A stretch of DNA of 64,000 nucleotides from Eubacteriales bacterium (GTDB taxonomy: Bacteria > Bacillota > Clostridia > Oscillospirales > QAKW01): NCBI GenBank assembly GCA_045539335.1, contig JAZQFD010000038.1:40-64039 (forward strand), given 5' to 3'. The translations under genes were made by a program, and so were the position numbers. How positions within the stretch are numbered: the first letter of the stretch is position 1; every line of letters begins with the position of its first letter. Of this stretch, positions 59,495 through 64,000 are shown in pieces. The notes beneath the pieces are model-generated. The model made no database searches, was not told where the DNA came from, and saw nothing but the letters and a program-made list of their open reading frames with translations.

Positions 59495-60546
59495 TTCTTT
59501 AAGATCTCCTTTACGGTTTTGATCAGGGCTTCCATCTGCCCTTGGGTGCCAATGGTGATGCGGTTAAAATCTCGGATCCGCTCCTTGGTGAAGTGGCGGA
59601 CCAAAATGCCCTTCTTTTTCAGTTCCAGATAAAGAGCCTCGCCGCTCAGCTCGGGGGTTTTGGCAAAGAGGAAATTGGCATGGGAGGGCAAGACCTCAAA
59701 GCCCAATTTCTTCAGTTCCTTTGCCGTCCACTCCCGCACACGGATAATTTCTTGGCATTTTTCTTGGTAATAGGCCTCCGCCTCCACCGTTTTCTCCCCC
59801 AGCATCAGGGTCAGGCGGTTGATGTTATAAGGATTGGTGGAATACTTGATCTTCTCCAGATCGGCGATCAGCCCCTTGGGGGCAATGGCATAGCCCAGCC
59901 GTCCCCCCGCCAAACAGCGGGATTTGGAGAAGGTGCGAACCACCAGCAAATTCTCATATTGGTTGATCAAAGGATAAACGCTTTCCCCGCCGAAATCCAC
60001 ATAGGCCTCATCCATCACCACCACTCCATGAGGATTGGCTTTTAAAATCGCCTCGATTTGGGAGAGGGGCAGGCTCATGCCGGTGGGGGCATTGGGATTG
60101 GCAATTACAATAAGTTTATTTTTATTAAGATATTCCTCATAGTTAATGGAAAAATCCGCCCTCAGAGGAATTTCGGTAGCCTCCACCCCATGCAGCTCTG
60201 CAAACACCGGATAAAAGCCATAGGTGATATCGGGATAAACGGCGCCCTGTTCCCCATAGGCCATAAAGGCAAAATTGAGGATATCATCGGAGCCGTTGGA
60301 GAGAAAGATATTCTCCGGCTCCACTCCATAGAGAGCGGCCAGCTTCTCCTTTAAGCCTTTGGCGGTGGGGTCGGAATACAGCCGCAGATTCTCCACCTCC
60401 CCTTCGGTCATGGCCGCCACCACGGAAGGTGCCGGCGGGAAGGGGGATTCATTGGTATTCAGTTTGATATATTCCATATCCCGAGGCTGTTCCCCGGGAG
60501 TATAGGCCTCCATCTTTTCATAGGAGGCTTTTAAAAATCGACTCAT
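59491..60546 (-). CDS. hisC: Histidinol-phosphate aminotransferase
   Basis: Class-II aminotransferase. NTNESPFPP, NPNAPTG and RTFSKS (PLP Lys) blocks. Confidence 0.9.
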   Translation of the reverse strand: MSRFLKASYEKMEAYTPGEQPRDMEYIKLNTNESPFPPAPSVVAAMTEGEVENLRLYSDPTAKGLKEKLAALYGVEPENIFLSNGSDDILNFAFMAYGEQGAVYPDITYGFYPVFAELHGVEATEIPLRADFSINYEEYLNKNKLIVIANPNAPTGMSLPLSQIEAILKANPHGVVVMDEAYVDFGGESVYPLINQYENLLVVRTFSKSRCLAGGRLGYAIAPKGLIADLEKIKYSTNPYNINRLTLMLGEKTVEAEAYYQEKCQEIIRVREWTAKELKKLGFEVLPSHANFLFAKTPELSGEALYLELKKKGILVRHFTKERIRDFNRITIGTQGQMEALIKTVKEILKK

Positions 60547-60548
60547 GG

Positions 60549-61823
60549 TTACTCCTCAAATCGGCTGGTGACGCTCTTGGCATGGGCGGTCAGCCCTTCC
60601 TGCTCGGCAAAGTAGGCCACCTCTTGACCCACTCGATCCAGCGCTTCTTTGGTATAATAGGTATATTGGCTTTTCTTCACAAAATCGTCCACCGACAGGG
60701 GGCTGGAGAACCGTGCGGTTCCGCTGGTGGGCAGAGTGTGGTTGGGGCCGGCATAATAGTCTCCCAAGGCTTCGGGGCAGTAGCGGCCCATAAAGATGGA
60801 GCCGGCGTGTTTGATGCCGTCCAGATAATCAAAGGGGTTGTCTACCATCAGTTCCAGATGCTCGGGAGCGATCTCATTGGCAATATCGATCACCACCCGC
60901 AGATCCTCGGCCACAATGATCTTGCCGTTGCGGTCGATGGATTCTCTGGCGATCTCGCAGCGAGAGAGCAGCGGGATCTGCCGCTCCAATTCTGCCTGCA
61001 CCTTTTGGGCAAGCTCCATGCTATCGGTTACCAATACTGCGCTGGCCAGCTTATCATGCTCTGCTTGGGAGAGCAGATCGGCGGCCACATGGGCGGGATT
61101 GCTCTTACCGTCGGCCACCACCAAGATTTCGCTGGGGCCGGCAATCATATCAATGGACACCTGCCCGTAAACCTGCCGCTTGGCTTCGGCCACAAAGGCA
61201 TTGCCGGGGCCCACGATCTTATCCACCCGAGGCACGCTTTGGGTACCATAGGCAAGGGCTGCCACCGCTTGGGCACCGCCTACCTTGAAGATGCGCTGAA
61301 CACCGGCGATCTTGGCGGCGGCCAGAATCACGGGGTTGACCTTTCCATCCTTGCCGGGCGGGGTGACCATCACAATCTCTCTGCAGCCGGCGATCTTAGC
61401 GGGGACGCTGTCCATCAGCACGGTGGAGGGATAAGCGGCGGTGCCACCGGGCACATAAAGCCCCACCTTTTCAATGGGGGTGATCTTTTGGCCGGTAATG
61501 ACTCCGTCGGTCTCATTGATAATAAAGCTATTGCGCACCTGCTTTTGATGGAAGGCACGAATATTAGCCTCGGCCTTGCGCAAAATCTCTAAAAATTTCG
61601 GTTCTACCGCCTCAAAGGCCTCTTGGATCTCTTCCTCGGTAACCTCCAAGGAAGAAAGGTCACATCCGTCAAACTTTTTATTATAGGCCAAAAGGGCTTG
61701 GTCGCCCTCTTTGCGAACAGTGGCAATAATTTCTGCCACAATCTCGGTAGGATTGAATTTCGCTTCCTCACGGGCGAAAATCTCATCATAGGAAAGTTCC
61801 GAATAGTTTAAAATTTTAATCAT
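60549..61823 (-). CDS. hisD: Histidinol dehydrogenase
   Basis: The start MIKILNYSEL at 61823 overlaps the hisG end by 8 nt. SQAEHD and GDY.AGPNHTLPT blocks are present. The track N-terminal extension is rejected. Confidence 0.9.
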   Translation of the reverse strand: MIKILNYSELSYDEIFAREEAKFNPTEIVAEIIATVRKEGDQALLAYNKKFDGCDLSSLEVTEEEIQEAFEAVEPKFLEILRKAEANIRAFHQKQVRNSFIINETDGVITGQKITPIEKVGLYVPGGTAAYPSTVLMDSVPAKIAGCREIVMVTPPGKDGKVNPVILAAAKIAGVQRIFKVGGAQAVAALAYGTQSVPRVDKIVGPGNAFVAEAKRQVYGQVSIDMIAGPSEILVVADGKSNPAHVAADLLSQAEHDKLASAVLVTDSMELAQKVQAELERQIPLLSRCEIARESIDRNGKIIVAEDLRVVIDIANEIAPEHLELMVDNPFDYLDGIKHAGSIFMGRYCPEALGDYYAGPNHTLPTSGTARFSSPLSVDDFVKKSQYTYYTKEALDRVGQEVAYFAEQEGLTAHAKSVTSRFEE

Positions 61824-62451
61824 GGTTGATTTGCTCCTCCATTCCTGCCCGCAGAGCAAGAATTGCCTCTTTTTTGAATTTATAGGCGGCCTTATTGGCA
61901 ATGAGACGGGCGCTGATAGGCACAATGGTCTCCAAAGGCTCCAGATCATTTTCCAATAAGGTGGTGCCGGTCTCCACAATATCCACAATCACATCCGAAA
62001 GCCCCAAAATCGGCGCAATCTCGATGGAACCGTTTAGTTTAATGATATCGATGTCCCGACATTTTTCATTATAATAAGTGGCGGCGATATTGGGGAATTT
62101 GGTTGCCACCCGCAGGGTCTCCCCCTTGGGATCCCGAAAGCCCTTGGGCCCTGCCACCGCCATGCGGCATTTGCCCATCTTCAGATCCAAAAGTTCATAC
62201 ACATCGGGGCGATACTCCAGCAAGATGTCCTTGCCGGCCACGCCGATATCGGCGGCGCCCCGCTCCACATAGATGGCCACATCCGAGGGCTTCACCCAAA
62301 AGTAGCGAACCCCTTTTTCGGGATTTTCAAAGATGAGTTTTCGATTGTTTTCTTCAATGGAGGGGCACTCAAAGCCCGCTTCCTTAAAAAGGCGGTAAAC
62401 CTTTTCTCCCAATCTTCCTTTGGGCAGGGCGATATTGACCATGGTTTTCAT
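61816..62451 (-). CDS. hisG: ATP phosphoribosyltransferase, short (HisZ-dependent) form
   Basis: 211 aa. ALPKGRL and DIVETGTTL blocks, with no C-terminal regulatory domain. Confidence 0.9.
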   Translation of the reverse strand: MKTMVNIALPKGRLGEKVYRLFKEAGFECPSIEENNRKLIFENPEKGVRYFWVKPSDVAIYVERGAADIGVAGKDILLEYRPDVYELLDLKMGKCRMAVAGPKGFRDPKGETLRVATKFPNIAATYYNEKCRDIDIIKLNGSIEIAPILGLSDVIVDIVETGTTLLENDLEPLETIVPISARLIANKAAYKFKKEAILALRAGMEEQINHD

Positions 62452-63542
62452 GCCTTTTGCCCTCCTTTAAATTCCACCAAGCGGCGATAGCTCAGATCCT
62501 CGGGCACCGCCGTTACCACTCGCACGCTTCCCTCTTGGGAAAGGCGCTGGGCTTCCTTCACCAATGCGGCCGCATCGGCATCGGGGCCATGAATCAGCAG
62601 GGTATCCACATCAAAGTCCTCTGCCTTTTTCTCCAACCGCTCCAAAAGATCCAAATACACGGCAAAGCCGATGGCGCCGCTTTTACGGCCCAGTTTTTTG
62701 AGCAATTTATCATACTGACCGCCGGAGAGAACGCCGGTAGGCACCCCTTCCAGATAGCCCTTAAAAACGACACCGCTATAATATTTCATATCATTGCCCA
62801 CAGAGAAATCCACCTGAACGTTTTCCCCAAGTCCGCTCTCCTCCAAAATGGCGGCCAGCGCTTCAAATTCCGCAAAGGCCTCTTTTTCGGCGGCAGTTTC
62901 CATCAATGGCTTAATGACAGAGAGCACCTTGGCGGGAGCGCCGGAGCACTCGCAGAGGGTCAGCAATTTATCTGCCATCATCCCCTCTTTTTCGCATAAT
63001 GCCTTCAATTCATGGCCGCTCTTTTGATGGATAAAGGTCAGGGCATCCTTTTGCCCCTCTTGGGAAAGTCCGCTCTCCTCCAGCATGGCGGAAAGCAGAC
63101 CCATATGGGAAAGATCCAGCATAAAGCGATCGCTGAGCAGAGAAAGACTCTTTACTGCCAAGAGCACTACCTCGGCGATTTCATAACTGCCCAGATCACC
63201 GATACATTCCAAACCCGCCTGCATGATCTCTTTAAAGGAATGGGTTCCCTTGGCCACACGGAAAACATTTTCATTATAATATACCTTTTGTACCGTGCCG
63301 GCCCGATCCTCGGTATTTTTAATAATGGAGAGGGTCACATCCGGCTTCAGCGCCAAAAGACGGCCGGTATGGTCGGTAAAGGTGATGACCTCATCCGATA
63401 CCAAAAAGTCTTTATTCCGCACATACAGGTCATATTCCTCAAAGCGGCTCATTTTATATTGAGCGTACCCGAATTTACGATAAAGGCTCCGAAGGGCAAA
63501 AATAGCCTGCTCATCTTTTTTCACAACGCTTTGGTCAATCAT
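62448..63542 (-). CDS. hisZ: ATP phosphoribosyltransferase regulatory subunit (HisRS paralog)
   Basis: Class-II aaRS-like core without an anticodon domain, upstream of short hisG. The start MIDQSVV at 63542 overlaps the upstream stop (ATGA). Confidence 0.85.
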   Translation of the reverse strand: MIDQSVVKKDEQAIFALRSLYRKFGYAQYKMSRFEEYDLYVRNKDFLVSDEVITFTDHTGRLLALKPDVTLSIIKNTEDRAGTVQKVYYNENVFRVAKGTHSFKEIMQAGLECIGDLGSYEIAEVVLLAVKSLSLLSDRFMLDLSHMGLLSAMLEESGLSQEGQKDALTFIHQKSGHELKALCEKEGMMADKLLTLCECSGAPAKVLSVIKPLMETAAEKEAFAEFEALAAILEESGLGENVQVDFSVGNDMKYYSGVVFKGYLEGVPTGVLSGGQYDKLLKKLGRKSGAIGFAVYLDLLERLEKKAEDFDVDTLLIHGPDADAAALVKEAQRLSQEGSVRVVTAVPEDLSYRRLVEFKGGQKA

Positions 63543-63838
63543 TGCAGCTTCCCTTCTTTCTTCAAACGGTCGATGACGGTGCGATAGCCCCCATCTCCAT
63601 AATTCAGGCATTTATTGACCCGACAAATGGTGGCGGTGGAGGCGCCGGTCTCTTTATTGATTTCCTGATAGTTGCGGCCCGCATCCAAGGCGCAGGCCAC
63701 TTGAAATCGCTGGGCGATCTCTTGGATTTCCTTAATGGTGCAGGCATCCTCAAAAAAGCGGTAGCACTCCTCCACGCTGGAAAGGGCCAAGATTCCCTCA
63801 AACAGTTGATCAATTTCTTGATTTTTCATTTTACTCAT
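63539..63838 (-). CDS. yerC: TrpR-like YerC/YecD-family DNA-binding protein (predicted his-operon regulator)
   Basis: 99 aa. ...RFQVACALDAGRNYQEINKETGASTATICRVNKCLNYGDGGY is the YerC/YecD HTH signature. It is the first gene of the operon. Confidence 0.8.
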   Translation of the reverse strand: MSKMKNQEIDQLFEGILALSSVEECYRFFEDACTIKEIQEIAQRFQVACALDAGRNYQEINKETGASTATICRVNKCLNYGDGGYRTVIDRLKKEGKLQ

Positions 63839-63883
63839 GTTGCTTCACTCGCTATTTATATATTATATATTACAATGTGGTAC

Positions 63884-63912
63884 ATTTTATCACTTTATCA
63901 CGCTAAAGTCAA
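63884..63912 (-). promoter_or_regulatory. Sigma-70-type promoter of the his operon (TTGACT-17 nt-TAAAAT)
   Basis: -10 is plus 63884-63889 and -35 is plus 63907-63912. Confidence 0.55.
63886..63901 (-). promoter_or_regulatory. Abutting tandem 8-mers GTGATAAA-GTGATAAA overlapping the -10 (candidate operator)
   Basis: Read directly. The plus strand shows TTTATCAC at 63886-63893 and again at 63894-63901. Confidence 0.4.
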
Positions 63913-64000
63913 TAGATTTTTCAGAACTTTTTCATTTCTCTCTTATTCCCCTTCAAAAGCCCGTTTTTGCAACAAAAAAGGGAACGGACAAAAGTGCGTG

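Noticed and set aside
57586-63611. N-terminal extensions of the hisA (to 58518), hisD (to 61988) and hisZ (to 63611) ORFs in the six-frame track.
   Set aside because: The extensions are Arg/Pro/Trp-rich and overlap the preceding conserved his genes. Each has an internal Met that matches the canonical protein N-terminus and forms an ATGA or short overlap with the upstream stop.
1-64000. Search for mobile elements, prophage, defence systems, tRNA/rRNA genes and CRISPR.
   Set aside because: I could recognise no transposase, integrase, recombinase, restriction/modification enzyme, Cas protein or abortive-infection ATPase, and no tRNA cloverleaf or rRNA, in any frame. The only phage-flavoured item is the small superinfection-immunity-like membrane protein (11073-11408), which sits in a housekeeping operon.

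Overview
This is a 64-kb chromosomal window from what looks like a Gram-positive anaerobe, probably Clostridia (Oscillospiraceae/Ruminococcaceae-like). That placement is an inference from GGAGG-type RBSs, lipoboxes, cohesin/dockerin modules and gene content. I recognised no rRNA, tRNA, CRISPR array, transposase or integrase.

Ordinary content:
- putP
- an ung-galM operon and a DagK-type lipid kinase
- malQ and ispE
- an ACT/UPF0210 pair and a TRIC-like channel
- a DtxR/MntR-like repressor and two MgtC paralogs
- a BMP-family nucleoside ABC transporter behind xpt
- a complete, translationally coupled histidine operon (yerC-like regulator, then hisZ-G-D-C-B-H-A-F-IE-J)

Unusual content:
1. Nine secreted paralogs of an endonuclease/exonuclease/phosphatase (EEP, DNase-I fold) enzyme sit in two arrays. 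Six are tandem lipoproteins with hyper-acidic tandem-repeat spacers (12.8-21.4 kb). Three have an N-terminal dockerin-like module instead (37.5-41.7 kb).
2. Cohesin-bearing partners are present. One is a membrane-anchored single-cohesin protein (50.7-51.9 kb). The other is a 2286-aa exoprotein that carries cohesin-like, dockerin-like and SGNH hydrolase modules (2.0-8.8 kb). Together these suggest a non-cellulosomal cohesin-dockerin surface display system for EEP phosphoesterases.
3. Four tandem xylose-isomerase-like TIM-barrel paralogs lie directly downstream of the cohesin gene, and the first has lost conserved motif residues.
4. An AraC-controlled cluster (GH10-like, SDR, MBL-fold, enolase-superfamily dehydratase, RraA-like aldolase) reads like a non-phosphorylative pentose/sugar-acid route.
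5. Two structured intergenic repeat arrays lie at 27.3-27.5 kb and 32.45-32.77 kb.

All functional calls rest on motif recognition by eye. No database search was run.
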